Below are positions 15,895-28,556 of a stretch of 64,000 nucleotides of DNA, one piece after another. Below the pieces are notes generated by a model. The model was not told where the DNA came from and searched no databases. It saw only the letters and a list, made by a program, of their open reading frames with translations. The first letter of the stretch is position 1. The number at the start of each line of letters is the position of its first letter. The stretch lies in assembly GCF_009914755.1 (NCBI RefSeq), contig NC_060927.1; one strand, written 5' to 3'. Position numbers and translations under genes: made by a program. The DNA is from the human T2T-CHM13v2.0 reference genome, Homo sapiens.

Positions 15895-16490
15895 CCTATT
15901 AGCAGCTAAAAATAAAAACACAAAATAAAAAAATCAACAATATCAAGTTCTGGCAAGGATTTGGAGCAATTGAAATCTTCATACCTTGCTATTAAAAAAA
16001 TGTTGTAGCCACTTAGGAAAAACAGTTTGATGTTTCTTATAAACAAACACTTAATATATGACAAAAAGCAATCTCACTCCTAGATATTTATCCAAGAGAA
16101 ATAAAAATGTGTGTTCACACAAAGACCTATGTAAGCAAGTGCTTATAGCAGTTTTATTCATATTGGCCCCAAATTAGAAACAACCCTACTGTTGAATTGG
16201 TGAATGAGCAAGTGGCTGCATGGCCATATAATGAAATTCTACTCAACCAGTAAAAGGAGCTAACTATTAATACATGCAACAACATGGATATATTATGAAA
16301 GAACTGTGCTAAGTGGAAAAAAACAGACAAAAAAAGTTAATATACTTCTATTCATAGAATATTCTGAAAAAGGCAAAACTATAGGGAGAGAAATCAGATC
16401 AGTGGTTGCCAGAAACTGGGGGTAGGGGAAGGGATTGACTACAAGGCACAGTGGAACATTCTAGGGAGATGGAAATGCTTTACTTGATTA
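15895..16490 (+). mobile_element. Old L1M (L1MC/ME-like) ORF2 end and 3'UTR
   Basis: ctcactcctagatatttatccaagagaaataaaaatgtgtgttcacacaaagacc...ggcaaaactatagggagagaaatcagatcagtggttgcc. Confidence 0.8.
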
Positions 16491-16834
16491 ACATTGACAA
16501 ATTATAAAAATTTACTGGATTGAACATAGCAATTAGATAGACAAAGGAACTAGAGAAGGGAACTTTTATGGTGTGTTTAAACCTAGAAAGATTTTTGAAA
16601 GGTATTTTGTTGCTTATTACCTAGATTAAGATATAACTACAGAAGAATATTTACTAATTATCTGAAAGTAATGTCAAAATAAGTCACGGTTAGCTTTAGA
16701 ATGTGACATGGAATAACAGGTATCCCAAGACAGGAGCATTCTAGAAAGTGAAACCTGCCCAAGATGCTGTTTGAGATGTTCTCTCTGTAAGAGACAGCAA
16801 GCAAGTTGTTTATAGACAGTCTCGGCAAAAAAGC

Positions 16835-16912
16835 TTGATAAGAAGCTTAGTTATTTGATAAGAAGTTAGTTATTTTGATAAGAAGTTAATTTGATAAGAG
16901 GTTAGTTATTTT
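16835..16912. repeat. Short degenerate tandem repeat, 4 copies of TTGATAAGAAG(C)TTAGTTAT-type unit
   Basis: ttgataagaagcttagtta tttgataagaagttagtta ttttgataagaagttaa tttgataagaggttagttatttt. Confidence 0.85.
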
Positions 16913-19067
16913 AATATATTAATCTGAAGATTATTTAATAATTCCATATGTTAGTAATAGTATAGGGATTTTTTTCAAGAGAATTTTTATTATTACTTTG
17001 TCTTAGAAAAAAGAGAAGGATATTGCAAAAATCAAAAATGTTTACACTTGGATGTAGATAAAAGCTTTTAATCATTAGAAGATGCTTCCTTGTATTGTCA
17101 TACTGAAATTCAACTTTAGTAAACAAGATAACAAAATTGAACCTCAAAGCAATATACCTGCGCTTCTAGTAAGGGAGTCCTAGGAGCAAGTGAGTCACTT
17201 TAGAAGGGAGCCCCAGCTGTGATCTAGCTGCCTTGGGGGAGATGGGCTGCTAAGGATGAAGGAGCTCCCCATTTCCAAGGACAGGATGGGAAATGGATTA
17301 TACAATAGTTGGTCTCTAGTCACAGTTGTGACATTTCTAGTGGCACCCTCCCTGTTGGGACGATGCTTTTAGACCTGACTCAATTTTTTTCAGTCCTTCA
17401 CAAATAGCATTAGCTTCAAAAGCCTGAATGTTTTGCTTGTTTAATTAGGTGTGTGTACTGAGGGTGAATAAAGGAGGGGTAGAAAATAACATGTTTTCAC
17501 CACCAAAACAATCCTTCCCTGGCAACTATGGGATGCTCTGAGAAGGTCAAGTCCAACTTGCCTTGAATCTGAGTGAAAGCAAGAGACCACAGGGGGCCTT
17601 GTGGTTCCCTGAATGATGATACATACTAGTAAATAAAAAAACCCCACCCTGAAATATAAAAAAACCCTCAGAATCCAGAGGGTATTTGGTCTGGGAAGAG
17701 GCACTAATCAGAAGACTCCTTGTCCCCTGTGACCTGTATTATCCAAGCAACCCAGATCCTGACTGGCCGAGGAACTGGCCAACTGGATAGAAACTTCTTA
17801 CCCAATTTTTATGTTTTGTTATATGCTTTCTTAGTAAGGCCTTAGCAACTGGTGATAACGGTCTGTGATTTTTCCTCATAATCATTTTATAAACAATAGT
17901 ATTTTTGAAGGGAGCAAATGTGTTCAGCTTAAAGCAATAATGGCATCCATTAATGAAGTAAACTATAGGTAAAATATAGAGTTAAAATGTCTTTAATGTT
18001 GTGAGAGAGCCCTCATTTATAAATATGCTGCCTGCTTCTTCAAAAATATATTCATATTTATCATGTATTCTGGTTTGGGGTTAGAAAAATTTTCTCACCC
18101 TTCACAGAGGGTGCATATAAAATATTCCCTACATAAAGCTTTTTCTTTTTTTGATAAAACACTTCTGGAAATGCCATAAAATTGTGCAGAATGGCAGAGA
18201 AGGCGCCCTGTTCAAAGCCTTCCCAATTCTCCTAAGAAAAATAAAACTATTTTTGGAAAGGAATAAAGCCCAGTTCAGCTGTATTCCTTCCTCAGTTTAG
18301 CATTTATTACATTGTAGTATCCTGTTTGGTTTGTGTATTCCTCTTGCTAGGATATAAATTCCACCAGGATGGTAACCATTTTTCTTCTTTCTTTATTTAT
18401 TCTCTCATAATGTTAGATGCATAGAAAATGGTATTTTAATAAGAGATGAGAAATTTCATAATGCCTACCCTGGAGATACAATTACATGAGAATGCCATGG
18501 CATAAGTTTCAAGATGGGGTCTAAGCTAAGACCAAGGAGATGAAAGCTTGGCCTGATCCAAGTTTGTCCCAGGAGGCCCATTTGTTCCTCAGGGGAATTC
18601 GGGGATGTAGGTCAGCTACGGGGCAGATCTCAGATCTGGCTGTCTTTAAGCTATCTTGGGCACAGGTCGACTCTTCTAAATGATAGCAGGACCAATACAG
18701 ATCCACACCCTTGGCCTAAGGCCAGTCCTGAGATGGGCTCTGGAATGAAAGACAAGGCCATCTATGAAGGCCTCAGGAGATGTGGTCCTTTAGCTGCTCT
18801 AAACTACCAAACATTTTTCTATGAATTTTTTTAAAGGGATAATTATTCATGTATTTTTCCAATCACTCTTTAATCAGCATTTATGCTCAGTTTTTTTGTG
18901 GTCCTGGAAAGGTAATTGATCCCAAAATTCTCTTCCCGTGTTTATTTCCAATTTTCTTTTGCCCATAGGCAAAACTACATTTCCAAAGCCATATGCCAAC
19001 AGATAAGATTATTTACACTTCTCATTCTATTTTTATTCCATTTAAATAGTCCTTTAAAATTAAAAAG

Positions 19068-19636
19068 GCATCACATATGCTCCCTACATTAATAGTTATC
19101 TATTGCTATATAATAAATTAACCCAAAGCTTAGTGGCTTAATCAACAATAAGCATTCATCATCCATACAGTTTCTGTGGATCAGGTACTTGGGAGGAGCT
19201 GAACTGGGCAGTCCTGGCTCAGAATCTCTCATGAGGTTGCAGTTAAGATATTGGCCAGGATTACCATCATCTGAAGGCTTGACTGGGGCTGGAAGATGTG
19301 CTTCCCAGATGGCTCACTCCGATGGCTAGCAAATTTGTGCTGGATATAGGCACGAAATCTAAGCCCTTCACCTTGTGGACCTCTCCATAGATCTGCGTGA
19401 GTGTTTCATGACACATCAGCTGGTTTTCTCCAGATTGGGTGATCCAAGAAAATGAACAAGGTGTAAACTGCAATGTCCTTTATGATTTAGCCTCTGAAAG
19501 TTACATATTTTCACTTCACTTTTTCCATATTTAATGAGTACACAGCCCAGCCTTGATTCAGTGTGCAAGGGGACTATATAAGAGCATGAATAACAGCAGG
19601 TAAGAATAATTGAGGGCCACCTTGGATACTACCACA
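19068..19636 (-). mobile_element. MaLR LTR (MLT1F-like)
   Basis: cttagtggcttaatcaacaataagc...ctgaaggcttgactggggctggaagatgtgcttcccagatggctcac...ctaccaca. Confidence 0.8.
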
Positions 19637-20817
19637 CTTAAATTTTTTTATACCACATCAAAAGAAATTACATAAAATAAACTGTGTGTTCACATCTTAG
19701 TTACAAAGTATGAGATTTTTCATGGACCATCTCGAGGCCCTCTCTGCATGATCTATGCATATGGTAGTAATTCTTCCAGCCCTTCACTTGACCCATCCTA
19801 ATTCTTGCTTGGTAAAAGGCATCCGTCTAGACAGCTCTTAAGTTTTATCAGCTCTTAGACTTCTTCAAGAAGCTCAATATCCAAAGACCAACACTCCTGA
19901 AAATGCACAGACCCACAAGTGTACTAGTCTACATGCAGCTTCAAGGGTTTTATGGCTCCCCTGAGCTTAAGAAAAGAAGCTCTAACCTGCAAGCTACACA
20001 CACAATGTTTTCAGCTGGCTGCCAAGTGCAAGTGTCATAGCTAATGCTCAACAATAGGCTGATGTCCAATTCTAGCTGAAGGGCTGGCTAGCACTCTGTG
20101 TAAGACAAAATGACAGAAAACATTCACATGAAGTATCAAATTCATCTTTAGTGTCACAATTGTGTCTTTCTTCATTGACCTAGTAAAGTAAACTGTCCAT
20201 ACTTTATTGTGAGTTTTCTTGAATTTGGGTTACAGTTAACATATGCCTCTGGTTAATATTAGGCATTAACTTTAATACATATACACAAGTGGAATGACTC
20301 CCACTAATAGCTCATAATGTCACAAAAACCTTTCAACTGAAGTTTTAGACATTACTCACCACCAAACAAGGTTATGTCAAGCGAGTGCTGCCCAGGGCTC
20401 CAGCTAGCTATGGTAAAAAATAGTTTCTAATTATAAAAGGCAGCCAGCAAGTTCATCTCAAGAACTAGAGGGTATCACTCTATCAGCTAAATTTTTTTCT
20501 ACAGACATTTATCATATATTCAACAACAGAAAGCACAAATTCTCCAAATTTCTAGAACTAAGTAAATTAGCTAAGTTTATATTATCCACTTTCTTCAAAG
20601 TAGTACCCGAGTGCTTTGTACTGATTCTGTAAAGAGATCAGCATTATTTCTCAATGCATGGTTAATCTCATCAGAATCATCAGTGATAGTTGTTTAACAT
20701 GCAGATTACCAGAACAACTGAATCAGAATCTGATGTGAGTATAGTAAGGGTGGGAGGAGTGAAAGTGGGGGAGGTTAGGGGAGGCAGGACTCTGCATACT
20801 TAGCAGATTCACTAAGT

Positions 20818-21008
20818 CAGTGGTTTCCAAAATGTGATCCCAGGACCAGCATTGCTAGTATCATCTGGGAACTTGTGAGAAACGCAAATTATTCAAACCA
20901 TCCCACCTCAGATCTACTGAGTCAGAAACTCTGGGGATGGAGCCCAGTGTTCTGAGTTTATCCAGCCCTCTAAGAGATGATGATGCTTGCTAAGCTAGAG
21001 GACCACTG
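20818..21008. mobile_element. MER5A hAT MITE nested in an older MER5-like element (about 20640-21050)
   Basis: CAGTGGTT...GACCACTG termini. 8-bp flanks CACTAAGT / CGCTCAGT (6/8 match). Internal cagatctactgagtcagaaactctgggg. Confidence 0.8.
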
Positions 21009-22060
21009 CGCTCAGTGATTCTTTGCTTCTCCATATACTGAGAGTGAGAGTCATTATCTCTAGGTTTGTTAAATAGCCATGTTTCAATAAAACAAAGTCA
21101 AGTCATAAAATTTCTTTCATATCCATCTAATTATCTTCCACAACCAGGCCTTGTAGATGTAGGATGCAAGTTCATAAATGAAAAAGGGTAGGTGAGAGAC
21201 TTTAGATTCAGAGCTGACAAACAGAGGTAAATGTTTCTTGCCATTTTTTTTAAAAGAAGATTACTCTCACAAAATAATAAAGTCCCTAGAAAGAGATATC
21301 CCTAAAAGGATCTTTACTCTGTTAATGCTTATCCTTTAATGCCTTTTAAATTATCTGATAATTCACAGGAAATTTATTTAGTGTTAACATCTGTGTCCCT
21401 TTGTGGCCTATCAACCTCCAACCATGAAAAGGAATGTTCGAAATGGACTTTTCTGGGACACCACGGAAACCTTACAGATGACATCTGAGCCAGGGGTTAT
21501 GATGACTTTGGAAAACACCACAGTAAATACTTGTTGTCTTAATTTTCCGGCATAAGTGAAAATAGATGTTTGCACTGAATGGCCAATAAAGAACAAGTAT
21601 TATATAACGCAATTCAGCTCACAAATTTATGGGATTATAGGACTCAATGCACATTCCTTGTAAACATCTGAGAAAGGCACCTGAGAATATTTGAAAAGGC
21701 ACTGATATGTTTTTGAAAATTTGTGAAATGGGATTTATTGCCAAGAACATGTGGAGAAGGAATTTTGACTAACCTGTACTATGAAGTATTGTTAATTCTC
21801 TAAGTAATCCAATGGTATTTCTTATTAGTCATTCTGGTAACTCAGTTGTAATATCAATATTTAAAACTTGAGTTGTTCACAAAATGGGATAATGTTCAAA
21901 ATCACTTGTTTTGCTGAAAGACTGTCTATAAAGAATTTTGCAAGTAGGTTATTATACATTAGAGCAAAACCCTAAACCATACTACTGCCAATATGTTGAT
22001 CATTCAAAAATTCATTGTGTGTCACACCAAATTTAGTCAGTTTGTAGGACTTTCATCTAT

Positions 22061-22184
22061 TTCTTTTTTCTTTTTTTTGAGATGGAGTCTTGCTCTGTCA
22101 CCCAGGCTGGAGTGTAGGGCATGATCTCTGCTCACTGCAAGGTCTGCCTCCCCGGTTCACGCCATTCTCCCGCCTCAGCCTCCC
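22061..22184 (-). mobile_element. 5'-truncated Alu (3' about 105 nt, AluY-like)
   Basis: T tail + gagatggagtcttgctctgtcacccaggctgg...ttcacgccattctcccgcctcagcctccc. Confidence 0.85.
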
Positions 22185-23751
22185 TTGGTTTTTATTTGTA
22201 TCACAAGATGAACCAGCACAACAATCCAACATGGCATGCACAGTGCAAACACATACACACCTGGATTTGGAAAGCTCACTGAAATACACATTTTTTTCCA
22301 GTATTCACTATTAATATGGGTTATAAAAGTCTAAAAGCCAACAGAACATATAAAGTTACCATAGCAGAGATGATGAGGGTCTTCCAAGCACAAGAATTAG
22401 AACCTGAGAAGACACGCAAGTGGGAAAGAAGAGGGTTGTAAACAAAGAGTGAGAGGAAAATTTGGAAGTCATCTATTGAGTATAGCAAAGAAGACAGCCA
22501 GCCAGAGAAATGGAGATCAAAGAAAGAGGTTTATATGTTGAAATGGTATTAAATGCCTGCAACTGTGATCTAGTCACCAATTACAGGATCACCATTTCTT
22601 GGGCACACTTTACACAGAAACTCAGTTCCATGGAAATATTGGTTACAAGACAAATGAAGAGAAATATGACATTTGAACTCAAGATCCAACTCAAAGATCC
22701 ACTGGAAAACAGCAGAATTCTCTGCAAGTTCTTCAAAATATCAAACTCCAACTACAATAGAACAAACATCCAGAATAAATTGAAAACCAGCTTTACAAAA
22801 GAACACTATAATGTCTGACTGCTATTGTGCATATGTTGTTGCCACCCTTCGAGGGACATAGTGATTTATGTTATAGCCAAAGCCATCTAGGAATGCTATG
22901 GTGTGAATATACAGTTATGGTTTGTCTAATCTGATATACACAGAGCTGATCAAATGAATATAAATGTGTGCTTTTCTAAGATTGGTCATGCCAAGATAAA
23001 TGAACAGGAAGCAATGATATTCTTCAACCAAGTGGAATACTTTGCATGACATAGAAACAACACTTTTGCCTTAAAAAAAAAAAATAAAGTGTGCATTGTC
23101 TTCCAAAGGATAATTCCTGCTGCATCCAAACAGATGAGGAGTCAGCTGTGAGGCAAGGACATGGGCCAAAGTGGTCAGCAGGAGTGGCTGGGGGTGGAAG
23201 CCAGGAGAATGCTCTGAAGACTCTCATCATGTTGAGAGAAGGGAGAAAGAGGAGGGGCAGGAGAAGGAGGATGAAAGTTTAGGAAAGAGAATGATTGGGA
23301 ACAAAAAGAGGGAGTGCAGAAAAAGAGTCACACAATCAAACCAATCCAGTACCTGCAGACTGACCAGACAGACTGCAGCAGGCATCCAGGAGCAGGCTAA
23401 GTCACATGGAATTGCATCCCAAGGATAGGCGGAGAAAAAAATGACCAAAGACCACAACTTGTACTTTCAGATGTTTCACCGTAAAAGACAAATATGCTCT
23501 GAGCAGGATCTTCCAGACTCCTTCAGGGAGAGCTGGATGAGAGTACAGGAGTGGGATGCTCATGGCAAGAATTATGTTGAAAACACTCCCAGTGTCCTGG
23601 CTCCTCTCTGCCGATCCTGTTTCACTGTGTGGATGCCACACCACAGGCTCAGACACTCTAGACTTTGACACCCAGAAAGGGTGTCTTTCTGCTCAGCACC
23701 AGTGTCCAGGCTACTGGAGTATCTAGATCTTTCCATCACTGCCAAGGCAGA

Positions 23752-24108
23752 TGTATTAGTCCATTTTCACACTACTATAAAGAAATACCCAAGATTGGGT
23801 AGTTTATAAAGGAAAGAGGTTTAATTGACTCACACTTCTGCATGGCTGGGGAGGCCTCAGGAAACTTAGAATTATGGCAGAAGGGGAAGCAGGCACAACT
23901 TACATGGCAGCAGGCAAGAGAGAGAATGTGTGAGAGTGCAGGAAAAACTACCATTTATAAAACCATCATCTCTCCTGAGAACTCACTATCACGAGAACAG
24001 CGTGGGATCCAATCACCTCCCACCAAGTTCCACCCTCCACGTGTGGGGATTATGGGGATTACAATTCGAGACAAGATTTGGGTGGGAACACAGAGCCAAA
24101 CTATATTG
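23752..24108 (-). mobile_element. Solo THE1 LTR (THE1C/D-like)
   Basis: tgtattagtccattttcacact...gatttgggtgggaacacagagccaaactatat. 5-bp TSD GCAGA/GCAGG. Confidence 0.9.
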
Positions 24109-24295
24109 GCAGGTAAAGAGTTTTAAAAATGTACCTGGTCTTCACGTTTGTTTACTTTGGTTAAGAAAGTTACTATCAAAAAAATCCATTAATGCCACCC
24201 GAATATTACTTGTTAATGAAAGCTAAAGAGGACTGATACTTTTATTATTTCCTTTTGTTAGAGAAAAAAACCCTAATGTTCAGAAAGGTGAAGCA

Positions 24296-24363
24296 TTAGG
24301 TTGGTGCAAAAGTAATTGTGGTTTTTAATGGCAAAAACCACAGTTACTTTTGCACCAACCTAA
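24296..24363. mobile_element. MADE1 mariner MITE (palindromic), internally shortened, inserted in a MIR core
   Basis: TTAGGTTGGTGCAAAAGTAATTGTGGTTTTT-AATGGC-AAAAACCACAGTTACTTTTGCACCAACCTAA. Confidence 0.93.
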
Positions 24364-25915
24364 TGACTTACTCGGGCTCACGTGGACTCCTGCACTTTAC
24401 CCACTAACCCATGGTGCTAATTTTCAGTATTTATCTTTCCAGCTCATAACAAAACTACAAATTAGGTAAACCTGATATGGGAGAGCATGCCCAGAATCAT
24501 TTTCCTTTTAATTCTTGTAAAAAGGAATAGTTAGGGAAGAATTCTGTGACAGCAGGATCATTAGGGGAGTTTGGAGAGGATGGGCCTGGAGAGGAATGGA
24601 GGGACTGTCTTCCAGGTCATCTGATACCTTACTCTAAACTAACTGGCCAGAGTGTCTTAACTTCATCTGGGAAAGTGAAAGGAGAAGGAAATTGTCCTGC
24701 ATCTCCTGCCGACATAGCTGGAAAAGAACTGAATTCCAGAGCTCGCTGCCAGCATGACTTTGGCAGACACTCCAAGCCCCTCCTTGAACACCAGAATCCG
24801 CTGCTCTCAGAGAAGCAAGGCCTGTTAGGTCTCACATGCCCACACACACGTGCACAGTGGCCTCTCAGGAGGACCCTTGGAAAACCAGAATGTTTTCTTA
24901 TCAGCTAACAGAATGGAAAAATAACAGAATTGTATTTAACGAGAAAGGATATCTGAAGCTCCACCTTGGCATCACCTTGTAAGCAAAGCGCCCCTGTTCA
25001 GAGTCTTAGCAAGGTTTCATTCACCACTACTCAGAGAAGAGAGAACTTCCATTACATTAGAGAAACAGTGGAATACATTTTAAATATGTTTCAGATTATA
25101 AGACATGCTACATGCTGAAAAATTATCCTTAACATAAAATACAAAAATCAGCTGGAATATATAAATGTGCACAATTAAAGAAATTATTTTCAATATAATT
25201 TATATAACCCGTACTTTCTGAGTATGGAAATCCATTGCATATTTACTTAACTCCTATATTTTGCACTGAAATCATGAGGTGCTTTGTTTTTCTTAACAGA
25301 TTACATTTGAATTCATTTTTCTTCTTCTTATGTATATCACTTAAAGCCAGTACATGGCAACACAGTGGGATAGCTTAGCTCCTGCAAATGTTGGTTGTTA
25401 AATGAGGATAAAGAATTAACACACCAACAGTTTCATATAAAAGTAAATGACTTTTGCGTGGCCAAGTATTTTTAAATAGAACTGATTTCAAACCCCTTAA
25501 ATGCAGGAAATGTCTTATTCATCTTTGTAATCCTAATACGATGATTAAAAAATATTAATTAAATGACAAAATGAATAAATGTAAGTCCATTCTTAAAAAT
25601 CACAGTCACAGCTCCTCAGATCTGGCTTCTGAGAGTAGCACTTATGTTCTAACACTAAAACCAAATGCTCATCTCAATTTTACACATTTACTTATTTTAT
25701 ATAGCTTCAGGAGGGAGTCTGAAAATTTTTTCAAACAATGTTTTAAAATCCTGGAGCAAAGCAGCATAAAAGTAAAAATCACTTTTAAATTTACAGAAAT
25801 CAAAACTTAAATAGTAGAAAAACGTACTTGCAACCTTTAAATTTTACTCTGTACTCATCAAGAAAGATTTATTTATCAAGCACTTATACATACAAATTGT
25901 CAAAAAGCTCCAAAT

Positions 25916-26078
25916 CAGTAGTTCTTAACCCTGGCCATATTAGAATCACCTGAGGAGTTAAAAAAAAAAAATCCCACCCTAGACCAATTTAAAATAAATT
26001 TGTTGGGGAGGCAGAGCATTACTGATATTTTTGAAAACTTTACTATTCTCATGTGCATCCAGGATTAAATATATTGGG
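25916..26078. mobile_element. MER5B-like hAT MITE
   Basis: cagtagttcttaaccctggccatattagaatcacctgaggag...cccaccctagaccaat. Confidence 0.65.
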
Positions 26079-26834
26079 CTATAGCCTGTATTAGGATATA
26101 CATTATAGTATTTATAGTCATAGGTAAACTTATTAAATGAAGAAAATATTGAATTGCTATGTCATAGGTGAGATGTGACTTAGGCCTCAATTTTCTCTAA
26201 AATTAATTTCTAGTGTGACCAGAAGATGCTTGAAGTGGGTGAATTTGCCCTGGTTTTCTAATGGTTGGGCTTTCAAAGTATGATCCTTGACTGGAGAATG
26301 ATGACAAATCTTCTATGAAAATGCCACATCTTCTAGCTCCTTCTTTAGAATTCCACAGAAAGGAACATTAGCTGATTTCATAGCATGTGTACTGACAGGC
26401 CTTAAATGTTCATCAAAATCACTGTAAATATATGTCAAGGCTTTAGTAGGTGAGGGAAACCTACAACACACTATAACAATCTTGCTGTGGAAGGCTCTTG
26501 GTGGGAAACCCAAGCTAATATTATACGGAGTAGAATAAGTACTGATTTAGTCTTGCTGTCCACAGAACTTTGCCAAAGTAGTCTGAGAACCTTGAAGCCA
26601 GCCTTTCCTACCATGTGCCTCCTGCACTTTCGGGGCCTTCCCAACACAAGAGAAGACTGTACACTAGAGAAGAGACCCACAGGGTATCTAGTATTAAACA
26701 GTCTATGAGAGTCTGAGTGTCATGGTTAGAATATTTTCTGTGTACAACCTAAATTTTCTTTCCTGAGAGCATATGGAAAAATTGTTTTATTAACACTAAA
26801 TAGGATCTGAGAGAAACTCCTCTGGTTTTTCTAG

Positions 26835-27289
<455 letters not shown>

Positions 27290-27760
27290 TCATCAGGTTC
27301 ATAGGTGTTCATTACTTACTATGTTAATTTTTTTCTTATGTTTTTGTCGTTTCCTTTAAGAGATGGTGTCAGGGATAAAAGCGTTTTTTCTATTTTGGAG
27401 GAATTTTGTGTGCCTCTGTACATGGTATCAACCACATTTGATGGACCACAGAGGAAACCAGCAAAGGAATCTAGGCATTGACTGGGATCCTGTATACAGA
27501 AAACAAGGTCCATAGTGGGTGCTGAATATTTACTTGGTACTCTTAAGATATTTATCTCAATTCTCAGAGATTTCTTATAATTAACCTCAAGCACTGAGGG
27601 AGACAAATTAGCAGTTTGCCAATGTTGGCATCTGCCACAAAATGCTTAATTCTTTAGGAAGTTGACGGAGTTTTAATGCTTAAACCAGTATATTATCTGG
27701 AGTTAGATTTCCCATATTCATAGTTTCACTATATCACTTGCTACCAGCCATTGAGCTCTT

Positions 27761-28282
27761 TGTGGTGGATAGACTCTTACATAATCTGAGGTATACAATC
27801 AACTTGTATGGTAAACCTGTGAGTTGCTTCTAACCAGTAGAATATGGCAGAAGTGATGGGTTGTCACTTCTGTGATTCAGCTACATAAGGTTGTGACCTC
27901 CATCTTACCAGCAGACTCTCCTGGGCTTGTACATTTTGATGAAGCAAGTGGCCATAATAGAAAGGCCTATGAGGCAGAGACCTGCAGCAACCTCAGGCCA
28001 ATAGCCAGTGAGAAAATGAGGCCCTTTGACCAATGATCCTCAAGGAATTGAATTCTGCTAACAACCATGTGAGCTTGGAAGTAAATCCTTCTTCATGCAA
28101 ACCTTCAGATCAGACCTCACCTCTGGCCAGTACCTTCACTGTTGCCTTGTGAGACATCTTGAAGGAGAGGAGAGTCTGCCCAGCTAAACCAGGCTCAGAC
28201 TCCTAACTCACAGCAACTGTGAAATAATAAATGTGTGTTGATAATTTTGTGGACATTTGTTATAAGAAAAAGATAACTAACA
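27761..28282 (+). mobile_element. MaLR LTR (MLT1E-like)
   Basis: Starts tgtggtgg; contains cttctaaccagtagaatatggcagaagtgatggg; ends aataaatgtgtgttg...gataactaaca. Confidence 0.8.
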
Positions 28283-28287
28283 TACTC

Positions 28288-28556
28288 TTTTTTTTTTGAA
28301 ATGGAGTCTTGCTCTGTTGCACATGTTGGAGTGCAGTGGCACAATCTCAGCTCACTGCAACCTCCGCCTCCTGGACTCAAGTAATTCTCATGCCTTAACC
28401 TTCTGAGTAGCTGGGATTACAGGTACCTGTCATTACACCTGGCTAATTTTTGTATTTTTAGTGGAGATGGGGTTTCACCGTGTTGACTAGGCTGGTCTTG
28501 AACTCTTGACCTCAAGTAATCTGCCCACCTCGGCCTTCCAAAGTGCTGGGATTACA
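28288..28556 (-). mobile_element. AluS, about 20 nt 5'-truncated
   Basis: Ends ...gctgggattaca. TSD CTAACATACTCTTT / CTAATATACTCTTT. Confidence 0.92.
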
